From: a virus
Taxonomy: Duplodnaviria > Caudoviricetes
DNA: 56,763 bases
IMG/VR virus record: IMGVR_UViG_3300048672_000414
Coordinates: 1 to 56,763 of that record
Direction: 5' to 3' (one strand)
Each line of letters opens with the position of its first letter. The first letter of the stretch is position 1. The notes below the pieces were generated by a model. The model ran no database searches. It had not been told where the DNA came from and was given only the letters and a program-made list of their open reading frames with translations. Both the position numbers and the translations under genes were made by a program. Shown here piece after piece: positions 56,741 through 56,763 of this stretch.

Positions 56741-56763
56741 ACCCTAACTCCTAGTTCTCGCAA

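Overview
About 57 kb of a lytic, T5-related (Demerecviridae-like) siphophage genome. Left end (1-570): a non-coding block with a 10-bp tandem repeat, DnaA boxes, palindromes and a head-to-head pair of sigma54-consensus motifs, resembling a T5 injection-stop or origin region. + strand (572-28092): TerS, TerL, HNH nicking endonuclease, portal, a fused prohead protease-major capsid ORF with an internal start, neck and tail genes, a frameshifted chaperone pair, a 2332-aa tape measure, a non-T5 tail tip, holin/endolysin, a compositionally foreign virion-protein cassette and phoH. Central accessory island (29.1-32.0 kb): two convergent Dps/ferritin genes (one fused to a phage domain), a collagen-like protein and a Gly-rich/coiled-coil protein with two in-frame MAEV starts. 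This island is the best candidate for an undescribed system. - strand (32.1-56.7 kb): a T5-type replication module (class II RNR, dUTPase, D15-D10, family A polymerase, primase, D6 helicase, D5, split NAD ligase) containing three of the four related GIY-YIG endonucleases, a methyltransferase and candidate anti-defence genes (two Tad2-like, Lar-like, Gp49-family, MbcA/Xre-like). No tRNA, CRISPR array, integrase or intein was seen. Family assignments come from motif recognition and synteny by eye; no searches were run.
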